DNA of 64,000 nucleotides from Candidatus Eiseniibacteriota bacterium (GTDB lineage Bacteria; Eisenbacteria; RBG-16-71-46): NCBI GenBank assembly GCA_963744995.1, contig CAVUWA010000011.1, positions 288,001 to 352,000 of the forward strand, read 5' to 3'. Shown piece by piece: positions 9,736 to 19,053 of this stretch (position 1 is its first letter; each line of letters starts with the position of its first letter). The notes under the pieces were generated by a model. It saw only the letters and a program-made list of their open reading frames with translations, ran no database searches and was not told where the DNA came from. The position numbers and the translations under genes were made by a program.

Positions 9736-11465
9736 CGCACCGCGCCGCCTGGCTGCTCGTCACGCTGCTGGTGGCCGGCCCGGCGGCCGCGGCTTCGCTG
9801 CGGCTGCAGGTCGACGTCGAAGGCGTCCCGGGCGACATCCGCGAGCAGGTCATGGCCGGGGTCGGGATCGTCGAGGCTGCGCGCGGAGGGGCACTCCCCG
9901 AGGAGGAGGTGCGGCGCCTGCACGCCCGCGCGCCGGCCGAGATCGAAGCCGGCATGAAGGCGTTCGGCTACTACCGCGCCGCCGTGCGCGCGCACCTGAC
10001 CGTGGAGGGCCGCCGCGGCCACGCCGTCTACACGGTGACCCCGGGCGCGCCCGTGCGCCTGCGGAAGGTGGACGTGCACGTCACCGGGCCGGGGGCGGAT
10101 CTGCCTGCGTTCCGCGCGGCGGTCGATGGGTTCCCGCTCGCCCGCGGCCAGACGCTCCGGCACCCCGCCTATCTCGCCGGCAAGGCCGCGCTTCGTGACG
10201 CGGCCGACGCCGGCGGATTTCTCGACGCGCGCTTCGACACCAGCGTGATCCACATCGACGCCGCGCTCACCACGGCGACCATCCTGATCGAGTTCGCAAC
10301 CGGGCCGCGCTACCGCTTCGGCGAGGTGCGGTTTCACCAGAGCGTGCTGGACCCCGAGTTCCTGCGGGGCTACCCCGATTTCCATCGCGGCGATCCCTTC
10401 GACGCGCGCGAGCTGGTCCAGCTGCAGAAGCGGCTCGGCGATCTGCCCTACTTCCGCACCGTGGAGGTGGTGCCGCGCCAGGATCTCGCCGAGGGCGTCG
10501 AGGTGCCGGTGGACGTGGCGCTGACGCCGGCGAAGCCGCAGCGCTACGCGTTCGGGCTCGGCTACGGCACCGACAACGGCGTGCACGGCCGCGCCGGCAT
10601 CCAGCTGCGCCGCATCAACCGGCGCGCGCATCGCGCCGAGGGGCAGGTGCAGATCTCGGAGATCGAACGCACGGTCGGCGCGCAGTACTTCATCCCGTGG
10701 CCGTACCCGCGCACCGAGCTGCTGACGCTCTCGGGCGGGTACCAGGACCTGGATCCGCAGACGAGCCGCAGCCAGGCGCTGCGCTTCGAGGCGTCCCTCG
10801 CGCGCGGCCGCGGCGGGGTGCGCGAGACGTACACGCTGACCTTCCAGCGCGAGGACTACAGCGTGGGCGTGGACGAAGGCACTTCGGAGCTGCTGATGCC
10901 CCAGGTCGCGTGGACGCTGGTGCGCGCCGACGACCGCGTGTACGCGACGCACGGCGTGCGGGTGCGCGCCCGGCTGCGCGGCGCCGCCGAGCGTGCCGGC
11001 TCGGACGTGTCGTTCGCACAGCTCTCCGTGAACGGCAAGTGGATCGCGAGCCCGTTCTTCCGCACGCGCGTGCTGCTGCGCAGCGATCTCGGGTACACGC
11101 GCACGGCGCAGTTCCACAGGCTGCCGCCGTCGATCCGGTTCTTCGCGGGCGGCGCGCAGAGCGTGCGCGGTTACGCCTACCAGGCGCTCGGACCGCTCGA
11201 TGAAGAAGGCCACGTGATCGGCGGCGAGACGCTGGTGGTCGGCAGCGCCGAGCTCGAGCAGCGCCTGCTCGAGAACTGGGGCGTCGCCGCCTTCTACGAC
11301 CTCGGCAACGCGATGCGCTCGCTGCGCGATCCGCTCGAGGACGGTGCCGGCGCCGGGTTGCGCTGGCGATCGCCGGTGGGTCTCGTGCGCGCCGACATCG
11401 CCTGGGCGCTCGGCAAACCGGGCACGCCGTGGCGTTTTCACCTCGTGCTGGGGCCGGACCTGTGA
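9732..11465 (+). CDS. tamA: Omp85-family translocation and assembly module protein TamA
   Basis: POTRA region, GYGTDNG, RFFAGGAQSVRGY, RWRSPVG; followed by tamB. Confidence 0.9.
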   Translation: MTHRAAWLLVTLLVAGPAAAASLRLQVDVEGVPGDIREQVMAGVGIVEAARGGALPEEEVRRLHARAPAEIEAGMKAFGYYRAAVRAHLTVEGRRGHAVYTVTPGAPVRLRKVDVHVTGPGADLPAFRAAVDGFPLARGQTLRHPAYLAGKAALRDAADAGGFLDARFDTSVIHIDAALTTATILIEFATGPRYRFGEVRFHQSVLDPEFLRGYPDFHRGDPFDARELVQLQKRLGDLPYFRTVEVVPRQDLAEGVEVPVDVALTPAKPQRYAFGLGYGTDNGVHGRAGIQLRRINRRAHRAEGQVQISEIERTVGAQYFIPWPYPRTELLTLSGGYQDLDPQTSRSQALRFEASLARGRGGVRETYTLTFQREDYSVGVDEGTSELLMPQVAWTLVRADDRVYATHGVRVRARLRGAAERAGSDVSFAQLSVNGKWIASPFFRTRVLLRSDLGYTRTAQFHRLPPSIRFFAGGAQSVRGYAYQALGPLDEEGHVIGGETLVVGSAELEQRLLENWGVAAFYDLGNAMRSLRDPLEDGAGAGLRWRSPVGLVRADIAWALGKPGTPWRFHLVLGPDL

Positions 11466-14400
11466 GCGCGCAGGCGCAGGTCGGCGGCGGTCGGCGGCTG
11501 CTGCGCGTGGCGCTCCGGGTCGCCGTGCTCGGCGTGGTGTTGCTCGCGCTCGCCGGCGGCACGCTCGCATGGCTTGCCAACACCACGGCGGGTGCACGCT
11601 GGGTGCTGGCGCGCGCGGCCCGAGGCGCTGCCGGCACCGTGCGGATCGGCGCGGTCTCGGGTTCGATCGCGCGCGGTCTCGAGCTCGCGGATCTGTCCTA
11701 CTCGACTGAAGGGCTCGCGGTGGAGGTCGGCCGCCTTACGCTGCAGGTGGATCTTGACGGCGCGGTGGAACGCCGTGTGATCGTCGAGCGTCTGGTGATC
11801 GAGAACGTGCGCGTGACCTCGTCGCCGGCGGCGGATTCGAGCCGGACGCCCGCGGCGGCGCTCCCCGGAGTGCACCTGCCGCTCGACCTCGTGGTGCGCG
11901 ACGCGCGCATCGACGGCCTGCGCTGGCGCGGAACGGGAAACGACTCACTCGACATCGGTGCGGTGCGGCTGGAAGGCGCCGCACATGGCGATCGCGTGCG
12001 GATCGGGAGGCTGCTGGTGACGTCGGCGCCGCTCGATGCGGAGTTCGCCGGCGAGCTGCAGACGAGCGGCGAATGGCCGCTCGCGCTCACGACGCACTGG
12101 ATCGCGCGCCCCGCGAACCTGGCCGGGATCGAAGCCGAGGGTGAAGTGCGCGGCTCGATCCAGCGCCTGGCGTTCGCGCAGCGCCTGACCGCACCGCATC
12201 CCGTCGAGGTCACGGCGCAGGTTGACGCGCCGCTCGGTGACCTGCGTCTGGACGTGGTGGTGCGCACCGAGGCGATGCCGCTGAGGCGCTGGAGCGCGTC
12301 CGCACCGGCGGCCATCGTGACGGGGCGGCTGCGCGCGGTGGGCCGGCCCGACTCGCTGCGCACCGCCGGCACGGCGCACGTGGTCCTGCCCGGCGCGTTC
12401 GCGTTCGACCTGCGCGTCGATGCGGCGCGCCACGGCGACCGGGTGCGTCTCGCGCAGCTCGACGTCAGCTCCACGGACCATGTGCTCGGGGCCCGGGCGA
12501 CCGCGACGCTCCGCGGGATCGGCGGCTCGCCGGCCGGCGAGGGGCAAATCGAATGGACCCGCTTCATCTGGCCGCCCGCGGCGCCCGTGGTGCAGAGCGC
12601 CGGCGGGACGCTCGCGTTTGAGGGGTCGGCCGCCGCATGGCACGCCACGCTCGATACTCGGCTCGCGACGCCGTGGACGCCCGCCGGCCGCTGGCACGCC
12701 CGCATGCATGGCGACTCCACGACGGCGCGGCTGGACTCGCTCGTCGGCGTGCTCTTCGCCGGCGCGGTGCGGGGGCGCGGCGAGATGCGCTGGGCTCCGG
12801 CCGTGGCCTGGCGCGGCTCGCTCGAGGCGCACGGCGTGAATCCGGGTGCACGCTGGAAGGCCTATGCGGGCGCGCTCGATGCGCGCGTCGTGAGCGAGGG
12901 CCGGATGCGCCCCACGGGCGCCGAAGGACACGTGCGGATCGCACGGGTGCGCGGCACGCTGCGCGGCCGCCCGCTCGACGCCGCCGCGGCGGTGCGGTTC
13001 GCGCCGGACGCCGTCGGCATCGAAAGTCTCTCGCTCGACTGGGGCGCGGCGCACGCCGAAGCGTCGGGCCGGATCGCGGACGTACTCGACGCCCGCGGCG
13101 AGGTCCACGTGCCGAACCTCGGCCTCTGGCTGCCGGGCGCCCGCGGCGCGCTCACCGCCCGCGCGCGGTTCGAAGGTCCGCGCGGACGTCCGCGGGCGTG
13201 GATCCGTGCGAGCGGGGATTCGCTGTTGGTGGGGGACCTAGGTGTGCGGCACGTCGAGCTCGACGCGGACGCGGATCTGTCCGGGGCGGAGACCAGCGCG
13301 GTTCATCTCGTCGCCGCGGATCTCGGGCGCGGCGGAGCGGTCGTGGACCGCGTGGCGCTCACCGCGGGCGGCGTGCCGTCGGCGCACGAGATCGAGGCGC
13401 ACGTGGTGCGCGCCGCCGACTCGCTCGACGCCCGGGCGCTCGGCGCGTGGGACGGCGATCGGTGGACGGCAGAGCTGGCCGAGCTCGGGTTGCGTACGGC
13501 GTCGGCGGGCGCATGGCGCCTGGCGCACCCGGCGCACGCCGAGATCGCGGCCGGCGGCGCGGCGCTCGATTCGCTGGCGCTGGTCTCGGGCGAGGCCCGA
13601 CTCGCGGCCGGCGCCGGCGCGGGCGGTGGCGCATGGCGCACGCGCGCGACGCTCGACGGGTTCGCGCTCGAACGCCTCGACGCATGGATGCCGCAGGGAC
13701 TGCGGCTGCGCGGGCCGCTCGCCGCGCGCCTCGACGCACACGGCGCGGCGGGCGGGCCGCCGATCACACGCCTGTCGCTGGTCGCGGGACCCGGCGAGGT
13801 CGACCAGGGCCCGGCGGGCCGTTCGGCGGTCGCCACGCCGTTCGACACGGCGCGCGCCGAATGGCGATCCGGTGCGGACGGCCTCACCGGCACGCTCGCC
13901 GTCGCCGCGCCGGGGCTCGTCACGGTGGACGGCCGGGTGCGGATGCCGGCGTTTGGTTCGGACACGCCGCTCGCGGCGCAGACGGTGAACGGGCGAATCA
14001 CCGTCGACGTTCCGGATCTGGCGCCATTCGAAAGCCTGTGGACCGACGCCGACAGCGTCCGCGGCCGCGTGCACGCGGACCTCACGATCGCCGGCACCGC
14101 GGGCGAGCCGCGCGTGACCGGCGCCGCGCGCGTCGAGAACGCGTCAGCGCGGCTGCCGGCGCCGGGTCTCCGGCTGCGCGACGCCTCGATCGAAGTGACC
14201 GCCGACGGCTCCGACTCGCTCACGGTGCGCGGGGGCGTGCGCTCGGGCCCGGGCCGGGTGCGGATCTCCGGCCACGTCGCAGCCGCGCGGCTCGACTCGC
14301 TGCGCGCGAACCTGCGGATCCAGGGCGAACGCTTCCAGGTCGTGAACCGGCCCGACGCGCGGCTCCTCGCGAGCCCCGATCTGCGCCTCGCCATGGCCGG

Positions 14401-15250
14401 TCCGCGCGTGGACGTCAGCGGCGACGTGCACGTGCCGCTCGGCGAGATCGATGCGTCGCGCAGCGCCACGCGCGAGGCCGTGCCGCTGTCTTCCGACGTG
14501 GTGATCGACGACCGCGCACGGGTGGCGGACGAGGCGCTGCGCCTGCACACCCGCGTGCGGGTGGTGCTCGGCGATTCGCTGTCGCTCAACGCCTACGGCC
14601 TCAAAGCGAAGCCGCGCGGTTCGGTGTTGATCGTCGAGTCGCCGGGGCGCGACCCGGTGGCGAGCGGCGAGCTCACGATCACCGGCGGCACCTATCGCGC
14701 CTACGGTCAGGACCTGACGATCCAGCGCGGCCGGCTGCTCTACGCGGGCGGACCGGTGACCGACCCGGGCCTCGACATCCGCGCGAGCCGCACGGCGCGC
14801 GACGGCACGGTCGCCGGAATCGAGGTGCGTGGCACCGCGCTCGACCCGGTGCTCACGGTGTTCTCCGATCCCGATCTGCCGGAGGAGGAGGCGCTCGCCT
14901 ACATCGTCCTCGGCCGTCCGCTCGATCAGGCGGGATCATCCGACGGCCAGCTGCTGGCGAACGCGGCGCGTTCGGCGGGGCTCAAGGGCGGGAACCTGCT
15001 CGCCGGGAAGATCGCGAGCCAGATCGGGCTGGAGCAGGCGTCCATCGAGACCGAGAGCGGCGCTCTCGAGGACGCGTCGCTGGTGCTCGGGACGTATCTG
15101 TCGCCGCGGGTGTATCTGGGCTACGGGGTCGGGTTGTTCAAGCCCGCGAACGCGGTGAAGATCCGTTACCGGTTGAGCCCGCGCTGGGCGCTCGAGGCGG
15201 AGTCGGCCGAGGAGAACAGCGCGGAGATCCAGTTCTCGATCGAGCGCTGA
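11462..15250 (+). CDS. tamB: Translocation and assembly module protein TamB (DUF490)
   Basis: N-terminal TM, long beta-rich body, GTYRAYGQDLTI, LGTYLSPRVYLGYGVG; GTGA overlap with tamA. Confidence 0.9.
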   Translation: MSAQAQVGGGRRLLRVALRVAVLGVVLLALAGGTLAWLANTTAGARWVLARAARGAAGTVRIGAVSGSIARGLELADLSYSTEGLAVEVGRLTLQVDLDGAVERRVIVERLVIENVRVTSSPAADSSRTPAAALPGVHLPLDLVVRDARIDGLRWRGTGNDSLDIGAVRLEGAAHGDRVRIGRLLVTSAPLDAEFAGELQTSGEWPLALTTHWIARPANLAGIEAEGEVRGSIQRLAFAQRLTAPHPVEVTAQVDAPLGDLRLDVVVRTEAMPLRRWSASAPAAIVTGRLRAVGRPDSLRTAGTAHVVLPGAFAFDLRVDAARHGDRVRLAQLDVSSTDHVLGARATATLRGIGGSPAGEGQIEWTRFIWPPAAPVVQSAGGTLAFEGSAAAWHATLDTRLATPWTPAGRWHARMHGDSTTARLDSLVGVLFAGAVRGRGEMRWAPAVAWRGSLEAHGVNPGARWKAYAGALDARVVSEGRMRPTGAEGHVRIARVRGTLRGRPLDAAAAVRFAPDAVGIESLSLDWGAAHAEASGRIADVLDARGEVHVPNLGLWLPGARGALTARARFEGPRGRPRAWIRASGDSLLVGDLGVRHVELDADADLSGAETSAVHLVAADLGRGGAVVDRVALTAGGVPSAHEIEAHVVRAADSLDARALGAWDGDRWTAELAELGLRTASAGAWRLAHPAHAEIAAGGAALDSLALVSGEARLAAGAGAGGGAWRTRATLDGFALERLDAWMPQGLRLRGPLAARLDAHGAAGGPPITRLSLVAGPGEVDQGPAGRSAVATPFDTARAEWRSGADGLTGTLAVAAPGLVTVDGRVRMPAFGSDTPLAAQTVNGRITVDVPDLAPFESLWTDADSVRGRVHADLTIAGTAGEPRVTGAARVENASARLPAPGLRLRDASIEVTADGSDSLTVRGGVRSGPGRVRISGHVAAARLDSLRANLRIQGERFQVVNRPDARLLASPDLRLAMAGPRVDVSGDVHVPLGEIDASRSATREAVPLSSDVVIDDRARVADEALRLHTRVRVVLGDSLSLNAYGLKAKPRGSVLIVESPGRDPVASGELTITGGTYRAYGQDLTIQRGRLLYAGGPVTDPGLDIRASRTARDGTVAGIEVRGTALDPVLTVFSDPDLPEEEALAYIVLGRPLDQAGSSDGQLLANAARSAGLKGGNLLAGKIASQIGLEQASIETESGALEDASLVLGTYLSPRVYLGYGVGLFKPANAVKIRYRLSPRWALEAESAEENSAEIQFSIER

Positions 15251-15362
15251 ACGCCGTGGGCGATGCCGCGCCCCGGCCGGACGCCGCGTCCGTGCGGACG
15301 TCGCGCGCCAGGGGTTCGCGACTCACGTGCGCCGGCGGCGGACGCGGGCAGGCCGTCGCCGC

Positions 15363-15665
15363 TCAGCGCTTGGACGTCTCGCGCAGGTACGCGTCCCTGC
15401 CTTCGTGAAACGCAAGGCCGACCCGTTCCTTCTGATCGCGCACGAATTTCCCCGCCGCATCGACGGTTTCGTGGGTCTTTGCGCGCGCCTGGTCGGCGAG
15501 CGACTTGCTCCTGTCGAGCGCCTGGTCGGCGATATCGCCCAGTTCGCGCCGCGTTTCTTCGCCGCTCTTCGGTGCCAGCAGCAGTGCGCCTACCGCACCG
15601 AGCAGCGTTCCTGCCCCGAAGGCCACCATCGTGCCGATCTCGGAACCTCTGCGATCGTCATTCAT
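15363..15665 (-). CDS. YtxH-domain protein (copy 1)
   Basis: FGAGTLLGAVGALLLAPKSGEETRREL. Confidence 0.85.
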   Translation of the reverse strand: MNDDRRGSEIGTMVAFGAGTLLGAVGALLLAPKSGEETRRELGDIADQALDRSKSLADQARAKTHETVDAAGKFVRDQKERVGLAFHEGRDAYLRETSKR

Positions 15666-16042
15666 GTTCTGCTCCTTTCTTCTGCGAACCGGTGCCGGGG
15701 CCGCCGGTCCGGTTCGTTGCCGTTGTGATTCAAGAGGGATCCCAGGCCGGTGCGCGTCCCGGCGATCAGGCCGCGCAGCGCGACGAGGAGCGGCTCTACG
15801 GAATCGAGCACCCCGTGCGCGGAGCGGGTGACCCGGCCTTCCAGCGCGTGTGCGTCCCGCGTCATGAATTCGAGTTCGCGCATGAGCCGGTTCATGCGCC
15901 TGAGCGTGCGCCGCGTGCGGCGCATCAGGCGGTCGGATTCGCGCATCAGCGGGAGTGCGCGCCGCAGGAAGACGATCGACGCGATGCCTGTCGTGACCAT
16001 CGCGGCCGCGATCACCAGCAAACTGACTTCGGAAACACCCAT
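15662..16042 (-). CDS. DUF948/YtxG-like membrane-anchored coiled-coil protein (copy 1)
   Basis: N-terminal TM plus coiled coil, coupled to YtxH gene; two paralogues nearby. Confidence 0.6.
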   Translation of the reverse strand: MGVSEVSLLVIAAAMVTTGIASIVFLRRALPLMRESDRLMRRTRRTLRRMNRLMRELEFMTRDAHALEGRVTRSAHGVLDSVEPLLVALRGLIAGTRTGLGSLLNHNGNEPDRRPRHRFAEERSRT

Positions 16043-16066
16043 GGCCCCGTCCCTTTCCCGCGGCGG

Positions 16067-16573
16067 CTAGAAGTGGTAGCGCGCCGCGACGTTGAACATC
16101 GGTTTGGTGACGTTGTTGCGGATCGAAAAGACCTTTACGTGCTCATCGCCGGTCGAGCCGAACGTGCTCATGACGCCGAGTTCGGCGCCGAGCGAAACCG
16201 GCGCGCGGTAGAGGAAGTAGTCGATGCCGAGCGCCAGATGCACGCCCACGGGCGTGGCGTTCTGGCCGCCGTCCTCGAGGAAATACTGCTCGGCGCCCGC
16301 GACCAGCGAGGGAGCGAAACCGTGCGACTCGCCGCCCATCAGCCAGCGTGCCTCGGCGCCGAGCGCGGTGAGGCCGGAGACACGGCCGAACTGCAGGCCG
16401 AGGCGCCAGGCGGGCCGGACGCGATAGGACGCCTCGAAACCGGCCACCAGCGGCAGGCCGGCTTCGAATCCGATCGTGGCCGGGCCGGGCGCCGCGCGTG
16501 CCGCGGCAGGGGGGAGCGCCACGCCGCCGGCCGCGACCAGCACGGCCAGCAGAATCGTCTTCATGCCGTTCAT
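16067..16573 (-). CDS. Small exported protein, probable outer-membrane beta-barrel (copy 1)
   Basis: Signal peptide, amphipathic strands, C-terminal RYHF; paralogue at 18528-19040. Confidence 0.65.
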   Translation of the reverse strand: MNGMKTILLAVLVAAGGVALPPAAARAAPGPATIGFEAGLPLVAGFEASYRVRPAWRLGLQFGRVSGLTALGAEARWLMGGESHGFAPSLVAGAEQYFLEDGGQNATPVGVHLALGIDYFLYRAPVSLGAELGVMSTFGSTGDEHVKVFSIRNNVTKPMFNVAARYHF

Positions 16574-17047
16574 GGAACCTCCCGTCGATAGAGGGGTCGG
16601 AAGGCCCGAATCTCCCGTGCCTGAGCGACGGAGCCGGAGGTGACGCCGTGCGTCGTTCCGGCCGGGCGCGCCTTCGGGATGCGCGACGCGGGGGCGTCGC
16701 GGGCGCGGGCCCGGACATTCGGGCGATCACATACTGGTATTGGGGGGCGGGTCGGGGGCCGGCGCACGACCCGTTCGCACGTCTTGGCGAACGTTCGGCC
16801 GGCAGGACGGGCTCGGGTGAGCCCTGTGCATGACACCCGCCACGGGCTTCACCATAACACATCGAACGCATGCCGCATGGTCCACGTCAGAGGCATGCAA
16901 ATACAGCAAAACGGCAGGAGCGCGGGCGGATTCGAGCGCTCCGCCCGCGCCCGGCGCGCGGCGACTGGCGAACCGCAACTCGCGGCCCCGGCGCGGCGCC
17001 CGCGCGGGGCCGGGCCCAGGATCCCCGAAGCGCCGGAGGCGCGGCGC

Positions 17048-17344
17048 TCAGCCCTTCACCGTCTCGTGCAGGTAGGCCTCTTTGCCCACTTGAATCGCCT
17101 GGCCGACGCGCTCTTTCTGATCGCGCACAAACTCACCCGCGGCGGTCGTTGCCTCCTGCGTCTTGGTCTTCGCCTGCTCGGCGAGCGACTTGCTCTGGTC
17201 GATGGCTTTGTCGGCCATGTCGCTCAGATCGCGCCGCGTGTCGGCGCCGCTCTTCGGGGCCAGCAGCAGCGCCGCGGCCGCGCCGAGAAGCGCTCCTGCG
17301 CCGAAAGCCACGACCATGTCGGAAGTTCTGTGTTCGTCACTCAT
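17048..17344 (-). CDS. YtxH-domain protein (copy 2)
   Basis: FGAGALLGAAAALLLAPKSGADTRRDL. Confidence 0.85.
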   Translation of the reverse strand: MSDEHRTSDMVVAFGAGALLGAAAALLLAPKSGADTRRDLSDMADKAIDQSKSLAEQAKTKTQEATTAAGEFVRDQKERVGQAIQVGKEAYLHETVKG

Positions 17345-17727
17345 GTTCTGCTCCCTTCGGTTTCGATTCGATGGCGGCCACGGCGGCCGCCCGGTTTGGT
17401 TCCATTGGAAGAACTGAACAGTGCTCCGAGGCCGGTGCGGGTGCCCGCGACGACGCCGCGCAGCGCGCCCAGAATCGGGTCGATCTGATCGAGCGCGGCG
17501 TGTGCCGAGCGGGACACGCGGCCTTCGAGCTGTCGCGCGTCACGGGCGATGAACTCGAGCTCGCGGGTGACGCGCTGAATACGTCGCAGCGTCTGGCGTG
17601 ACCGGCGCAGCACGAGATCAGACCGGCGCAGCACCGGCAGCAATCTGCGCGCGACCACGATGGCTACGACGCAGCCCGTGACGGCCGCCATCGCGATGAC
17701 CAGAAGACTGAATTCGGAAACGGTCAT
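17341..17727 (-). CDS. DUF948/YtxG-like protein (copy 2)
   Basis: Start MTVSEFSLLVIA aligns with copy 1 MGVSEVSLLVIA. Confidence 0.6.
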   Translation of the reverse strand: MTVSEFSLLVIAMAAVTGCVVAIVVARRLLPVLRRSDLVLRRSRQTLRRIQRVTRELEFIARDARQLEGRVSRSAHAALDQIDPILGALRGVVAGTRTGLGALFSSSNGTKPGGRRGRHRIETEGSRT

Positions 17728-17830
17728 GAGACACACCCTTTCGCATGCAAGCGCGGTAATCGATTCGGAGGCCGCAGCCCCGCTGCTGGCGCCCCGAAGC
17801 TTCGCGGGGGGCGAGAGCGGACCTCCCGGA

Positions 17831-18127
17831 TCAGGCTTTCTTCCCCGCCTCGCGCTGATACGCTTCCTTCCCCTCGCGCAGGGCTTCACCGAGGCGCTCC
17901 TTCTGGTCGGCCAGGAACTCACCGGCCACGCGCACCCCTTCGCGGCTCTTGTCCGCCGTGCCGCTCGCCAGCTCGCGGCCCTTCTCCATGGCCCCCTCGG
18001 CGGACTCGCCGAGCCGGCGGCGGGTCTCGGCGCCGCTCTGCGGCGCGAGCAGCAGCCCGGCCACGGCGCCCACGAGGATGCCTGCCCCGAACATCACGAC
18101 CAGATCCGATCCTCTGCTGTCACTCAC
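17831..18127 (-). CDS. YtxH-domain protein (copy 3)
   Basis: FGAGILVGAVAGLLLAPQSGAETRRRL. Confidence 0.85.
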   Translation of the reverse strand: MSDSRGSDLVVMFGAGILVGAVAGLLLAPQSGAETRRRLGESAEGAMEKGRELASGTADKSREGVRVAGEFLADQKERLGEALREGKEAYQREAGKKA

Positions 18128-18506
18128 GATGCCCTCCTTTTCGTCTTTGAAAGCGTGGTACTCGTTTGGGCCAGCTCTTGTGTTTGAACATCACGCCGAG
18201 AGACGCCCGTGCACCGGCCAGGACCGCACCCAGCGTGTGCAGCGGCGGTTCCACCTGATCCAGGAGCCCGTGCGCGGTCCTCGACACGCGGCGTTCGAGG
18301 CGCTTCGTGTCCCGGCTGATCTCTTCGACGTCCTCCGCGACCTTCTGGATGCGGGCCATGGTGGCACTGGAGCGGCGCAACAGGATCTGAGCCCGGTCGA
18401 TCGTCGGCAGCAGGCGTCGTACGAGCACCACCACGGAAACGCCGATCGCCAGCACGGCCACGGCGACGGCCACCAGGGCCATCTCGATCACCGTCATGTC
18501 ATCCAC
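18120..18506 (-). CDS. DUF948/YtxG-like protein (copy 3)
   Basis: TM plus LERRVSRTAHGLLDQVEP, shared with copies 1 and 2. Confidence 0.6.
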   Translation of the reverse strand: MDDMTVIEMALVAVAVAVLAIGVSVVVLVRRLLPTIDRAQILLRRSSATMARIQKVAEDVEEISRDTKRLERRVSRTAHGLLDQVEPPLHTLGAVLAGARASLGVMFKHKSWPKRVPRFQRRKGGHRE

Positions 18507-18527
18507 TCCGTCCGGGCCGCGATTACA

Positions 18528-19040
18528 TTAGAAATGATAGCGGACGCCGAAATTGAACGTTCCCGAAGAAAAGTCGTTCTGAACCGAGAAGACCTCGACG
18601 TCTCCCGAGTCGGAAGAGCCGAACGTCTTCATGGCCCCCAGCCGGACCCCGATCGAAACCGGCGAGTCCAGATACCAGTCCAGGCCGACCGCCGCGTGGA
18701 TGCCCAGCGGCGTCGCATGGCTGTCTCCCTCGGAGAGGAAATACTGCTCGGCGCCGGCGATGAGCGAGGGGACGAACGCCCCCCGGACCTCGGGCCGCAC
18801 CAGCCAGCGCGCTTCGGCACGCAGGGCGGTCAGCCCGGAGATGCGGCCGAGCGCGACGCCCATGCGCCACCTCGGGTCGACGCGATACGAAGCGTCGAAG
18901 CCGAGCACCAGCGGAAGCCCGGCTTCGACCCCGATGGCCGTCGCGCCCACGTTCGACTGCGCGCTGGCCGGCGTGGCGGCGATCGGAAGTGCGGCAAGCA
19001 CGATTCCAAGACACGCTCCCCGTATGAAGTTCAGATGCAT
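18528..19040 (-). CDS. Small exported protein, probable outer-membrane beta-barrel (copy 2)
   Basis: Signal peptide, EAGLPLV, AGAEQYFL, C-terminal RYHF. Confidence 0.65.
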   Translation of the reverse strand: MHLNFIRGACLGIVLAALPIAATPASAQSNVGATAIGVEAGLPLVLGFDASYRVDPRWRMGVALGRISGLTALRAEARWLVRPEVRGAFVPSLIAGAEQYFLSEGDSHATPLGIHAAVGLDWYLDSPVSIGVRLGAMKTFGSSDSGDVEVFSVQNDFSSGTFNFGVRYHF

Positions 19041-19053
19041 CAGACCCCTCCAG

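Noticed and set aside
1201..15408. Many long alternative-frame ORFs (e.g. 1626-3605, 9330-11597, 12637-15408)
   Set aside because: Arg/Ala/Pro-rich shadow ORFs overlapping well-supported genes, as expected at high GC
15363..18127. Gas vesicle cluster (YtxH proteins are often annotated that way)
   Set aside because: No gvpA/N/F/L-like genes in the window
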